Shown one piece after another: positions 7,845 to 19,789 of a DNA stretch of 64,000 bases. Positions within the stretch are counted from its first letter, which is position 1. The number at the start of each line of letters is the position of its first letter. The stretch lies in assembly GCA_945891385.1 (NCBI GenBank), contig CAMDDJ010000001.1, positions 28,921 to 92,920 of the forward strand. The letters run 5' to 3'. Below the pieces are notes generated by a model. The model was not told the origin of the DNA. It ran no database searches and saw nothing but the letters and a program-made list of their open reading frames with translations. Source of the stretch: Candidatus Kuenenia stuttgartensis. Its GTDB lineage: Bacteria > Planctomycetota > Planctomycetia > Pirellulales > UBA1268. The translations under genes were made by a program, and so were the position numbers.

Positions 7845-8490
7845 GGGTACCGTTCGCCGCGAAGCCCGCGGCGCGGTCAGGCCCGCGTTGGCTCGGTCGG
7901 CGGCTCCGCGGCGTAGAGTTCCGGAATCCACCAGTACCGGGATTCGCAGGGATCCATGCCGGTAAGGATACCGGTGCGATCGAAGTCTTCGGCCGAGACG
8001 AAGGAATCGGCCACCCGCCCCGCGGTCCGAAGCGGTGGTCGGTCGGTTGACGAGTGCACCGGGAAAAACGGTCGCGGCGGCTGGAGCGGATTTGTCCGCA
8101 GCATGATGCAGGGCCTGTCGATATGCCGAATCTCAACCGCGGCGGTGCGCGGACAGCGGAGTGGAGGAACGAAGTCTGTAGTCGGACGGTTCGCGGGCGA
8201 AGCCCAGTTTCCAGAGTGCGGGCCCGGACAATCGGCATGCTTCCGAGGCTGGGATCGCACTCGAGGCCAGTCCCAGGGGAAAAGTCTGGCTCGGGAAAAA
8301 GAGTCAATCAAGGGATTTTGGAGAAAATAGGCAGGGTGCGCTGGTTTGTCGGTGGAGGTTGAGAAGACGGTAGGATTTCGAGGGTCGGACCCGGAATCAA
8401 CGATCGGTGCTGCGAGGGAAAACCGTGGTTCAAAAGCCGAAGTCGTCGGACTTCTGGATCCAAACGGCCGCCGGTGCCGCGGTCGGCCCA

Positions 8491-10137
8491 ATGCGCGTGG
8501 TCGCTGCCGCGGCCCTGGCTCTCGCGTCATGCGACCGCCTCGTCGCCGCCTCGCCCGCGACTGGCTATCGCACCCTCGCCCCCGGAGCGCTGACGGTGGT
8601 GTCGGCCGATCGGTCGGCTGACGACCCCATTCAGCGTGGTCCGCTCGTCGAGGTGACCGAGGGGCAAAAAGCCCTGGCATGGACGCCGCGACGGGCCCCC
8701 TCAAATAGCACCTTTGTCGAACGATCGTCCCAGCTCGAATACCCCCGGGATATTTGGTGCTTGGAGTTCGCGTTCAAGCCACCGCGACGGCTCGATGTCG
8801 ATATTCCCGAAGAGGGCCTGCGAATGCGGCGAGAAACCATCTGGTATCTCGTCTACCGGGTCAAGAATGTCGGGGGCCGCCGGGTGGTTCAGGATGCGGA
8901 CGCGGAGGGCAATCCAGATCCGGCGAGCCGGCGGGAAGAGACCTTCCAGCAGCCGATTCGCTTTCTCCCGCACTTCGTGCTGGAGAGCCGGGAGGGACTT
9001 GGTTCCGCTGAAGGCCTGACCAGCTACCGCGGCTATCTCGACCGGGTCGTTCCGTCCGCGATGGAGACGATCCGGCGTCGCGAGGACCCAGCTCGTCCGC
9101 TCCTCGACAGTGCGGCGATATCGGCGACGCCGCTCGAGCCGGGCGAGGAGCGGTGGGGTGTGGCGATCTGGGAAGCGGTCGACCCTCGAATCGACTCGTT
9201 CAGCATCTATGTTCGCGGCCTGACCAACGCCATCCGGTGGCGGAAGAAGCCCGGCGAGGCCATCGGCCCCGAGGATCCTCCCGGCGGGCACGTAGAGCAG
9301 GTGTTGGAGAGCCTGCGGCTCGATTTCTGGCGGCCGGGAGATGATCGTGACGGGGGGAGGATCCAGATCGGATTTCGGGGAATGTTCGAGCGCATGACCC
9401 TCGGCGGGCGGATTCTGTCGGCGCTCAACTGGCCCGCCTATGCGGCGGCTCAACCGACCGCGGGTTTGCGCCGCCTCGGCCTCGAGTGGAATGACGAGGG
9501 GCTTCGGGAGCCCGCCGGTGAGGGGCCGTTTCCGAGCTATCTGCCTCTGGTCAGGGTGCTCCAGAAACTCGCGGCAACCAAGGATCCGACCACCCGCAGC
9601 CAGGCTGCTCGGGAGCTTTTCGGCGATCTTGGGGTGGAGTCGTTGGAGCAGCTGGCCAAAGCTGCGGCGGGCCCCGTCGATCCTGTGGCCGACGCGACGC
9701 GTCGCGCGGCCCTCGCGGAAATGCAACTCTCTCCCGAGGCGTTGCAGGCCCAACCGCTTGAGTCGCTCGCCACAATCGCCCGGTTCCTCGAGGAATCGCC
9801 CGACGAAGGGGGCCGCCGGCTGCGGGCCGGAGCGATTTTCGGCACATCGGCGGCGCGGCTCGATTGGTTGGCAAGGGCCGTGATTACAGCCCGAACTCTG
9901 GCCGCGCTCGAGTCATCACCGGCAGACCCAGCAGCCATCGTCAAACTCGACGCCCGAGCGGCATTCGAGTCCGTTGCGGCGTTGGTCGGGGCCGCTCCGG
10001 AGGATGCCCGCGAAGGGCTGCTCCTCGGGCTCTTCGGGCCCCAAGGCCCGAACCTGTTCCAGGAGGCCATGGCCGTCCCGGAAGGCGTCGATCACTCCTG
10101 GGTATTTCGGTACGAACGGCCGGCGGGAGGCTGGTAG
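8491..10137 (+). CDS. hypothetical lipoprotein (548 aa)
   Basis: [14 protein letters not shown] gives a lipobox (LASC) if the start is ATG 8491; the track start is 8407. The C-terminal third is Ala/Leu-rich and helical. No recognisable family. Confidence 0.55.
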   Translation: MRVVAAAALALASCDRLVAASPATGYRTLAPGALTVVSADRSADDPIQRGPLVEVTEGQKALAWTPRRAPSNSTFVERSSQLEYPRDIWCLEFAFKPPRRLDVDIPEEGLRMRRETIWYLVYRVKNVGGRRVVQDADAEGNPDPASRREETFQQPIRFLPHFVLESREGLGSAEGLTSYRGYLDRVVPSAMETIRRREDPARPLLDSAAISATPLEPGEERWGVAIWEAVDPRIDSFSIYVRGLTNAIRWRKKPGEAIGPEDPPGGHVEQVLESLRLDFWRPGDDRDGGRIQIGFRGMFERMTLGGRILSALNWPAYAAAQPTAGLRRLGLEWNDEGLREPAGEGPFPSYLPLVRVLQKLAATKDPTTRSQAARELFGDLGVESLEQLAKAAAGPVDPVADATRRAALAEMQLSPEALQAQPLESLATIARFLEESPDEGGRRLRAGAIFGTSAARLDWLARAVITARTLAALESSPADPAAIVKLDARAAFESVAALVGAAPEDAREGLLLGLFGPQGPNLFQEAMAVPEGVDHSWVFRYERPAGGW

Positions 10138-10280
10138 CGTCCGGGGCCGTCGGCGTGTACACTCCACACTCACGACGGTGGACCGGAAGCGTCCTCATCG
10201 GGCCCCCGGGCTCCATTCGCGGCCTTTGTCGGCTGATTCCCCGTCGTTTCGCGCACAGTTTGAGAAGGTAGACGAAGCAA

Positions 10281-10535
10281 ATGGCACACAAAAAAGGCCA
10301 GGGTTCCAGCCGCAACGGTCGTGACTCCAATGCGCAGCGGCGGGGCGTGAAAAAATTTGGTGGACAGGCTGTGAGGGCCGGCAACATTCTCGTGCGTCAG
10401 GTCGGCACCAAGTTTCATCCGGGCTCGAATGTCGGCATGGGCACCGACTACACGCTCTTCGCCCTTTCGGACGGAGTCGTGATGTTTGACCGGGAGGGTC
10501 GCCGCGTGAACGTGGTGGCCGAGGCATCGGCTTGA
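10281..10535 (+). CDS. rpmA: 50S ribosomal protein L27
   Basis: [29 protein letters not shown]... Confidence 0.95.
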   Translation: MAHKKGQGSSRNGRDSNAQRRGVKKFGGQAVRAGNILVRQVGTKFHPGSNVGMGTDYTLFALSDGVVMFDREGRRVNVVAEASA

Positions 10536-10569
10536 GCAGCCTGGCCTCCGCGGCCGTGGAAGGTCCGAC

Positions 10570-11568
10570 GTGTTCGTCGATCGCGTTCAGATCGAAGTGG
10601 CGGCGGGCAACGGCGGTCGTGGCATCTGTAGTTTCCGCCGGGAAAAATATGTTCCGCTCGGTGGCCCCGACGGTGGCGACGGCGGCGACGGCGGGAGTGT
10701 GATCCTTCGGGCCCAGGCGGGAGTAGACTCGCTCTCACCTCTCGCTCACCGCAAGCAGTGGCGGGCGGAGCATGGCGCGGCGGGCGGACCGGCGAATTGC
10801 CAGGGCGCCCGCGGGGCGGATCTCACCCTGCTCGTGCCCCCCGGCACGATCGTGAGCGACGAGGCGACCGGAATCGTTCTCAGAGATCTGGCCGAGGCCG
10901 GCGCGGAAATCGTTGCGGCCAAGGGCGGGGCCGGCGGTTGGGGAAACCATCACTACAAGTCGTCGATCAATCGGGCACCCCGCGAAACCACGCCAGGCGT
11001 CAAGGGCGAGTGCCGCCGGCTGGTGTTGGAACTCAAGGTGATTGCCGACGTCGGCCTGGTCGGCAAGCCGAACGCCGGCAAGAGCACGCTGCTCTCCCGG
11101 CTCTCGCGGGCCCGGCCCGAAATTGCGAACTATGCCTTCACCACGAAAACGCCGATTCTGGGCATCGTCGCGATCGACCGCGATCACAGTTTTGTCCTGG
11201 CCGACCTGCCGGGGCTGATCGAAGGGGCTCATGCCGGCGTGGGGCTCGGCCACGAGTTTCTCCGGCATGTGGAGCGGGCCGGCATCCTGGTTCACGTGGT
11301 CGAACCGACACCGATGGACGGCACCGATCCGCTGGCGAACTATCGGACCATCCGAGAAGAACTCGTGCTCTACGATCCAGCGCTCGGAAACCGACCGGAG
11401 ATTCTGGTGGTCAGCAAGGCCGAATTGCCCGACGCTGTCGCCGTGCGCGAGGCCCTTGCAGCGGAGACGGGCCAGCCGGTGCTGGCGGTCAGTGCCGTGA
11501 CCGGTGCCGGGCTCGAGGCACTGGTGCGAGCCGTGGCCCAGGAACTCGAACGACGGGGCAAACCGTGA
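10570..11568 (+). CDS. obg: GTPase Obg/CgtA
   Basis: MFVDRVQIEVAAGNGGRG..., GGPDGGDGGDGGSV, G-domain GKPNAGKSTLLS, DLPGLIEGA. Confidence 0.92.
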   Translation: MFVDRVQIEVAAGNGGRGICSFRREKYVPLGGPDGGDGGDGGSVILRAQAGVDSLSPLAHRKQWRAEHGAAGGPANCQGARGADLTLLVPPGTIVSDEATGIVLRDLAEAGAEIVAAKGGAGGWGNHHYKSSINRAPRETTPGVKGECRRLVLELKVIADVGLVGKPNAGKSTLLSRLSRARPEIANYAFTTKTPILGIVAIDRDHSFVLADLPGLIEGAHAGVGLGHEFLRHVERAGILVHVVEPTPMDGTDPLANYRTIREELVLYDPALGNRPEILVVSKAELPDAVAVREALAAETGQPVLAVSAVTGAGLEALVRAVAQELERRGKP

Positions 11569-12413
11569 TGGCGGCGGAGGTGGTGGGCGGTGGGCCCGAG
11601 AGAGCCGCCGGCGCGACGCTGCTGCTGGCCGACGTGGGCAACTCCCGAATCAAGCTCGCCCGGCTCGGCGAGCCGAGCCCGGCCCGCGGGCCGGGGTTGC
11701 CGGCGATCAGCCATCGGCAGGACCTCGACAGCCAGGCGTTTCGGCCGGACAACCTGGAGCGCTGGTTGCTGGCGGCGGCTCCCGGGCCAGTGGTGATGCT
11801 TGTGGCGAGCGTCCACGATGCGGCGGCCGCCCGCCTCGAGGCCACCATTGCGGAAATCTCGGCCACGAAACATCGCCCGATTCGGCAGCGGCGGGTCTCT
11901 CACAGTGACCTGCCGCTCGAGGTGCGTCTGCCGGAGCCGCATCGGGTAGGAATCGACCGTCTCGCGGGGGCCGCGGCCTGCCGGTTCGTCGTTCCCCCCG
12001 GCCGGGGATGCGTGCTTGTGGACTGCGGCACCGCGGCGACCGTCGATCTCGTCGCGGCCGATGGTGGCTTCCTGGGAGGGGCAATCTTGCCTGGGCCGGT
12101 GCTCATGGCCCGGGCGCTGGCTGCCGGCACGAGCCGGCTGACAGCAGCCGCGGCGGATGCCGGGATGCCGCCGCCCGCGATGCCGGGCCGGTCGACCGCG
12201 GATGCGATCGCCGTGGGCATCGGCCTCGGCATTCAGGGGGCGATCGCCCGGCTGGAAGCCGAGGCCCGGGCTGTGCTGGGGCCGGCCGCAGTCACCGTAC
12301 TCACCGGTGGCTGGCGAACCGCTCTTCGCGACTCGTTGCCTGAGGCGATCGAGGTTCCGGATCTCGTGCTCGCGGGGATTGCGTTGGCTGCCGATCGGGC
12401 CTGCAGCCGCTAA
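11568..12413 (+). CDS. coaX: type III pantothenate kinase
   Basis: LLLADVGNSRIKLA, HRVGIDRL, VDCGTAATVDLV. The ATG overlaps the obg stop (GTGATGG). The upstream part of track ORF 10758-12413 is a frame shadow of obg. Confidence 0.8.
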   Translation: MAAEVVGGGPERAAGATLLLADVGNSRIKLARLGEPSPARGPGLPAISHRQDLDSQAFRPDNLERWLLAAAPGPVVMLVASVHDAAAARLEATIAEISATKHRPIRQRRVSHSDLPLEVRLPEPHRVGIDRLAGAAACRFVVPPGRGCVLVDCGTAATVDLVAADGGFLGGAILPGPVLMARALAAGTSRLTAAAADAGMPPPAMPGRSTADAIAVGIGLGIQGAIARLEAEARAVLGPAAVTVLTGGWRTALRDSLPEAIEVPDLVLAGIALAADRACSR

Positions 12414-12515
12414 GCGAACAGGCTTGCCAGGGATTTCTGGGAAGCCGCCGCGTGGACCTGCGTCGCCTGTGGCATCGACCCGGATGCCTCCCGCGGCGAT
12501 TCCAGGCCTCAAGTC

Positions 12516-12524
12516 TGCTAGAAT
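12516..12524 (+). promoter_or_regulatory. candidate extended -10 promoter element (TGcTAGAAT) upstream of rsfS
   Basis: tgctagaat lies about 43 nt upstream of the rsfS ATG in the only sizeable gap of the rpmA-to-EF-G string. No convincing -35. Confidence 0.25.
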
Positions 12525-12566
12525 CGGCTCGACCCAGCCCGGTTTTGCGGTCTGGTTTTCTGGAGG

Positions 12567-12989
12567 ATGCTGCCCCCCGTGAGCAAAGCCCGTACGGCAT
12601 CGACGTCCCGCGTGGCTGGCCCTGATGCCGCCCTGCTGCTGGCCCTCGCCGCCGCGAGAGTTGCCGATGAAACCCGCGGCGTGGACATCAGGGTGCTCGA
12701 CCTGCGGCAGATCACGCCCGTGGTCGATTATTTCGTGATCGCCACCGGTTCGAGTCGCCGGCAGTTGCATGCCATGGCCGATGAGATCGAAAAGGCGGTC
12801 AAGGCCGAACTCCACGACGTCAAGCGGGGAGGAGAGGGCTACGAAGAAGGCCGTTGGATCGTGCTCGATTACGGAAACGTGATGGTTCATCTCTTCGATC
12901 CCGAGGCGCGGGAGTATTGGGATCTCGAAGGACTCTGGAGCGACGCCCCGCGGGTTCCCCTGCCGGGAGCCGAGGCCGCGGCACGATGA
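12567..12989 (+). CDS. rsfS: ribosome silencing factor RsfS (iojap family)
   Basis: DIRVLDLRQITPVVDYFVIATGSSRRQLHAMADEI...WIVLDYGNVMVHLF. Confidence 0.88.
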   Translation: MLPPVSKARTASTSRVAGPDAALLLALAAARVADETRGVDIRVLDLRQITPVVDYFVIATGSSRRQLHAMADEIEKAVKAELHDVKRGGEGYEEGRWIVLDYGNVMVHLFDPEAREYWDLEGLWSDAPRVPLPGAEAAAR

Positions 12990-14865
12990 GCGACGATCAC
13001 GTCCAGAGAGTCGCTCCAGGCGACGCCGCTTGTGCCGGAGCGTCAAATTTCAGAGCAGCGGCCCGGGGCATGTTCCGAGAGGCTTTGGCGGCGCTGGCGG
13101 CCGACGGCCTGGTGACCATCGGCTCCGGCGAGATGGCTGGCCTGCTCGATCAGGTTCGGGAGACCGCCGATCCGAAATTCGGCGACTATTCCGGCACGAT
13201 GGCGATGGCCTTGGCCAAACGGGCCGGCAAGAAGCCACGGGAGGTGGCTGCGGCCATCGTCGAGCGGCTTGCGGCCGTGCCCGGCTATGCCGACTGCTTC
13301 GACCCGCCGGGGGAGCCGGTAGGGCCGGGCTTCATCAATCTCCGCGTGAACGACGCCGCCCTGGCATACGCCGTGAGGCGTGCGCTTGGCGATGGACGGC
13401 TCGGGGTGCCCTCGGTGGAGCGGCCGCTCACGGTCGTGGTCGACTTCTCATCCCCGAACGTCGCCAAGCCGATGCACGTCGGGCATATCCGGTCCACCGT
13501 GATCGGCGACGCGTTGGCCAGGATCTTGCGTTTTCGCGGTCATCGGGTGATCACGGATAACCACCTCGGCGATTGGGGCACCCAGTTCGGCATGATCCTC
13601 TGGGGCTGGAAGCACTGCCGCGACGACGCGGCCTTCGCCGCCGATCCGACCACCGAGCTCGGTCGGCTCTACCGACTTGTGCGGAAGGTGGCCGATGCCA
13701 AGCCCGCCGAGTTGGCCGCCGATCCGGTGGCCGCGTCCTTGGCGGCGGCCCACCCCGATGCTGCCCGCGAGGTGCTCGCCGAAACGGCCAGACTCCACGA
13801 GGGCGACCCGGAGAACCGCGCGCTCTGGGAGCGGTTCATGCCGATCTGCCGCGGCGAGATCGACCGGATCTACGGCCGGCTGCACGTCGCGTTCGACCAC
13901 ACGCTGGGCGAGAGCTTCTTTCAGCCCCTTTTGGCGGCGACCGTGGACGACCTCCTGGCGAAGGGCCTGGCCCGGGAGAGCCGGGGGGCGATCGGCGTCT
14001 TCCTGAGGGGAGACGACGCGCCGCCGCTGTTGATTCGCAAGGCCGACGGGGCGTTTCTCTACGCCACGACCGACCTGGCCACGATCCGCTGGCGGCTCGA
14101 GCAGTGGCGGCCCGATCGGATCCTGTATGTCGTGGATCATCGCCAGAGCGAGCACTTCGAGCAGGTGTTCGAGACGGCTCGCCGCTGGGGCCTTCCCGGC
14201 CTCGAGGGGGTTGAGTTGGCCCACGTGGGCTTCGGCACCGTGCTCGGCGAGGATGGCCGGCCGTTCAAGACCCGCGCCGGCGACACCGTGGGACTGGAAT
14301 CGCTGCTCGACGAGGGCGTGGAGCGGGCGGCGGCGGTGGTGGCCGAGGCCGATCGAACCGGGCTCGACGAGGCGGCCCGTCGGCACGTGGCCGAGACGGT
14401 CGGGATCGGGGCGATCAAATACGCCGACCTGTCCCAGAATCGGACCACCGACTATGTCTTCAGCTTCGACAAGATGCTTCAGCTCACGGGCAACACCGCC
14501 GCCTACATGCAGTACGCCGTGGCCAGGGTCGAGGGGATCTTCACGAAGGGAGATGTCGATCGGGAGGCTCTCCGCCGGGGTTGCCGCGGCGTGCTGGTCG
14601 CAGACCCGAAAGAGCGGGCCCTCGCTCTGGAATTGCTCCGTTTCGGCGAGGCCCTGGAAGACGTCGAATCCGATTCGCGTCCCAACGTCCTGACGGCCTG
14701 GCTCTACGACTTGGCCGGGAGCTACTCGACCTTCTACGACTCGCTGTCCGTGCTCAAGGCAGAGGGGCCGGAGCGGGAGAGCCGGCTGGCGCTCTGCGAT
14801 CTCACCGGCCGCATCCTGCGGCAGGGACTCGACCTTCTTGGTATCGGCACGGTGGAGCGGATGTG

Positions 14866-14866
<1 letters not shown>
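12986..14866 (+). CDS. argS: arginine--tRNA ligase
   Basis: VDFSSPNVAKPMHVGHIRST (HIGH-type motif) and class-I ArgRS-like anticodon-binding C-terminus ...GIGTVERM. The ATG overlaps the rsfS stop (ATGA). Confidence 0.92.
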
Positions 14867-16965
<2,099 letters not shown>

Positions 16966-16988
16966 AGCAGGGACTGTTCAACACTCCG

Positions 16989-17070
16989 CCGGCTCGAGGG
17001 CGGCAAGCATCGCGTCGCGGGCGAGGCGCCGCCCTGATTGCCCCGCGACCGTTCGCCGACCCCCTCTCCT
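16989..17070 (+). repeat. dispersed ~85-nt hairpin repeat, copy A
   Basis: ccggctcgagggcggcaagcatcgcgtcgcgggcg...cgttcgccgaccccctc. Aligns with copies at 35692, 42634, 43879(-), 48155 and 57404. Starts 23 nt after the EF-G-paralog stop. Confidence 0.65.
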
Positions 17071-17143
17071 GAACGGTTTGGTTGGCAGGCCAGAGGCTGT
17101 GATTCAATGCCGACGGGGCTGCAAAGGCTTGTTTTCAGGGTTG

Positions 17144-17172
17144 TTGACAAGAGGGAAGGGCGGCCGTAGATT
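17144..17172 (+). promoter_or_regulatory. candidate sigma70 promoter of the S10 operon
   Basis: TTGACA (17144-17149) - 17 nt - TAGATT (17167-17172), about 205 nt upstream of the rpsJ start. Confidence 0.45.
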
Positions 17173-17379
17173 CTGTGGCTCGGCTGCGTCAACGATCGCC
17201 TCTGACTCAGAGGTTGAGTGTTTCGCAGGATGGTTCTTCCCGTTCGCTGGAAGGATTATTTCGGGCCCGTCGGCATGGCTGCCGATGGAAGCCGCCGAGC
17301 GGTCCGGCTCCTGTCCGTGAGGACGGCGCGGCTGGCCGGGGTTACAGCGACCCGCAGTCGATCGTTTGGAGTTTGCGCC

Positions 17380-17709
17380 GTGGCCGGTCCGACACAGGAA
17401 TTGATCCGCATCCGGATGGAAGCCTACGACCACGCCGTGCTCGACCAGAGCGCGGCGGAAATCGTCGACACAGCCAAGCGGACGAATTCTGAGGTTCATG
17501 GGCCAATTCCGCTTCCCACCCGCGTGGAGCGTTACACGGTGCTGTCGAGTCCGCACATCGACAAAAAGGCGCGTCAGCAATACGAAATTCGCACGCACAA
17601 GCGTGTCATCGACATCATTCAGGCCACCGCCAAGACCATCGAGGCCCTCAATAAGTTGAGCCTCCCGGCTGGCGTGGATATCAAGATCAAGGCCTCGTCG
17701 CGGTCGTGA
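17380..17709 (+). CDS. rpsJ: 30S ribosomal protein S10
   Basis: [55 protein letters not shown] start chosen by alignment to the S10 N-terminus, with GGAG 8 nt upstream. Confidence 0.88.
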   Translation: MAGPTQELIRIRMEAYDHAVLDQSAAEIVDTAKRTNSEVHGPIPLPTRVERYTVLSSPHIDKKARQQYEIRTHKRVIDIIQATAKTIEALNKLSLPAGVDIKIKASSRS

Positions 17710-17934
17710 CCGGGCGAGGGCGAACGGGAAAGAAGTAGGAACCTAGGACAGCGGAGCAACGACAGACGCATGCTTGGAAGGCGTTGCGGGTAAGGTTCGA
17801 CCGATGCGTCCGATTGGGCGTGGTGGTTCGAATGCTCCTGCAGCCGATGGCTTCGAGCGTGAGGAAGACTGCTGCCGTGGGTGTATGCCCGCGGGTCGGT
17901 GGTTGCGTCGCTGGCGTCCGCCAGAGTGAGAACT

Positions 17935-18711
17935 ATGGCCACAACCTCGAAGCCTGCCGCCGACGTCTCTGGTCGCCCCGGTCTATTGGGCCGCAAAGTC
18001 GGCATGACCCAAATCTTCGACGCCGAGTCTGGTGTCGTTGTTCCGGTGACTGTGATCGAGGCTGGTCCCTGTCCCGTGACCTGCGTCCGCACGCCTGATC
18101 GCGACGGCTACGCCGCTGTGCAGATCGGCTTTGCCGACAAGCCGCGGCGGTTGGCGAGTCGCTCGGTCCGCGGCCAAGTAGCCGCTCTCGATGGCCGGCG
18201 GGCCAAACGGCGGGTCGAGGCCGGTGTCGCGGCATTGCCAAAGGCGGGCTGTGAGCCTCAGCGTTTCGTTCGCGAGTTGCGAGGCGTGTACGCCGGGGCC
18301 GAGGTCGGCCAAGTGCTCACGGTCGACGTGTTCGAGGGCGTTCAGTTCGTCGATGTCACCGGTACCACCAAGGGCCGGGGGACCGCCGGCGTGATGAAGC
18401 GGCACGGCTTCAAGGGTCAGCGTGCCAGTCACGGCGTCAAGAAGGTGCACCGTCATCAGGGCGGCACGGGTCAAAACACCTCGCCGGGCCGCGTGTTCAA
18501 GGGCAAGCGGATGGCTGGTCGCTACGGCAACGAGCGGTCGACCATGCGGAATGTCAAGCTTGTGCGGGTCGACAAAGACAACAATCTCCTCTTGATTCGC
18601 GGGGCGGTGCCGGGGCCAGTGGGCTCGTATGTCACCGTGATGCGGACCAACAAGCTCCGAAGGGTTGCTGCCGCCGGGGCGCCGGCCTCGAAGAAGAAGG
18701 GTGCCAAGTGA
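17935..18711 (+). CDS. rplC: 50S ribosomal protein L3
   Basis: GLLGRKVGMTQIFD..., operon position. Confidence 0.93.
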   Translation: MATTSKPAADVSGRPGLLGRKVGMTQIFDAESGVVVPVTVIEAGPCPVTCVRTPDRDGYAAVQIGFADKPRRLASRSVRGQVAALDGRRAKRRVEAGVAALPKAGCEPQRFVRELRGVYAGAEVGQVLTVDVFEGVQFVDVTGTTKGRGTAGVMKRHGFKGQRASHGVKKVHRHQGGTGQNTSPGRVFKGKRMAGRYGNERSTMRNVKLVRVDKDNNLLLIRGAVPGPVGSYVTVMRTNKLRRVAAAGAPASKKKGAK

Positions 18712-19418
18712 ATCTCGCCGTCTATGACATGGCCGGCAAGCAGGTCGGCTCCTATGAGATCGACCCGGCCGAACTTGCGCCGCGGGTGAGCCGCCAGTTG
18801 CTGCATGACGCGGTCGTCATGTATCAGGCCAATGCCCGTCAGGGAACGCAGAAGACCAAAACCCGGGGCGAGGTCGCCGGTTCGACCAAGAAGCTCTATC
18901 GCCAAAAGGGTACGGGCAATGCTCGTGCTGGCGGTCGGCGAAGCGGAACTCGCCGCGGCGGCGGCCACATCTTCGCGAAGCGTCCGCGAGATTTCGGCTG
19001 GAGGATGCCGCGGAAGGCCCTTCAGGCGGCGGCGCGGATGGCGTTGGCCTCTCGGATCGCCGAAGACGAGGTCAAGCTCGTCGAGTCGATCACGGTGGAA
19101 AGCCCCAAGACCGCTGTCGTCGCCGGAATGCTCCGGGCCCTCGGTGTCGGGGAAAAGACAGTGCTCGTCACGCCCGAGAAGCACTGCCCGCATTTCTGGA
19201 AAAGTGCCCGTAACATCGAAGGTGTTTCGGTGTCGCCGGTTGGCGACCTGAATGCATGGTCGATCCTGCGGCCGCGTTCCATCGTGATGACAAGGGCTGC
19301 CTTGGATGCTTTTCGGGCGGCCGCGAAGACGGCCGTTGAGCGAGGGCCGGTGAAGCGGTCGGCTGCTCGTCCGGGCAGTCGAGGTGGCAAGGCCGCGGTG
19401 AAGAAGGAGGCGACATAA
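18708..19418 (+). CDS. rplD: 50S ribosomal protein L4
   Basis: RQKGTGNARAGGRRSGTRRGGGH. GTGA overlap with rplC. C-terminal basic extension. Confidence 0.92.
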   Translation: MNLAVYDMAGKQVGSYEIDPAELAPRVSRQLLHDAVVMYQANARQGTQKTKTRGEVAGSTKKLYRQKGTGNARAGGRRSGTRRGGGHIFAKRPRDFGWRMPRKALQAAARMALASRIAEDEVKLVESITVESPKTAVVAGMLRALGVGEKTVLVTPEKHCPHFWKSARNIEGVSVSPVGDLNAWSILRPRSIVMTRAALDAFRAAAKTAVERGPVKRSAARPGSRGGKAAVKKEAT

Positions 19419-19421
19419 CCC

Positions 19422-19742
19422 ATGGCAGGTCCAGTTCCCCCTCCTCCGAAGCTGACGCCCGGCCTGGCGCCGCAGCATGTGATCGTGCGTCCCCTTGTGA
19501 CTGAAAAGGGTATGCACCGAGCCAATCGCCATAACGCCTATTCCTTCGAGGTAGCCACGGCAGCCACCAAGGCCGACATTCGGCATGCCGTCGAAGAGCT
19601 TTTTTCCGTCAAGGTCGAAAAGGTCGCCGTGCAGAATCGGCTGGGGAAAGTCCGGCGCGGTCGGACGCGGCAGTCGGTGACGAAGCCGTGGAAAAAGGCG
19701 GTGGTCACCTTGAAGCCGGATTTCAAGATTAATTTGTTCTGA
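19422..19742 (+). CDS. rplW: 50S ribosomal protein L23
   Basis: VIVRPLVTEKGM...YSFEV...ATKADIRHAVEELFSVKVEKV. Confidence 0.92.
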   Translation: MAGPVPPPPKLTPGLAPQHVIVRPLVTEKGMHRANRHNAYSFEVATAATKADIRHAVEELFSVKVEKVAVQNRLGKVRRGRTRQSVTKPWKKAVVTLKPDFKINLF

Positions 19743-19789
19743 GTCTCGCCTGAGCGGGTCACGCCGACACACGAATACGAGCCATTGTC

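Noticed and set aside
7877-8704. Full-length 275-aa minus-strand ORF in the ParA/lipoprotein gap.
   Set aside because: The N-terminal 200 residues are Arg/Pro/Ser-rich shadow sequence and overlap the 5' end of the plus-strand lipoprotein gene. Only the last 75 codons are kept as a weak candidate (see findings).
10758-11567. 5' extensions of track ORFs upstream of the starts I called. Examples: coaX 10758-, argS 12854-, EF-G 14581-, pckA 44812-, nadE-overlapping 42395-, and r-protein ORFs 21791-, 23264-, 23755-, 25045-, 25598-, 25992-.
   Set aside because: The extensions overlap the preceding gene in another frame and are compositionally shadow-like. Family N-termini and Shine-Dalgarno sequences support the internal starts.
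17825-17833. GGTTCGAAT (tRNA T-loop-like) in the rpsJ-rplC spacer.
   Set aside because: The flanking bases do not form a T-stem (ggtgg vs gctcc), and no acceptor, D or anticodon arms can be drawn. It is not a tRNA.
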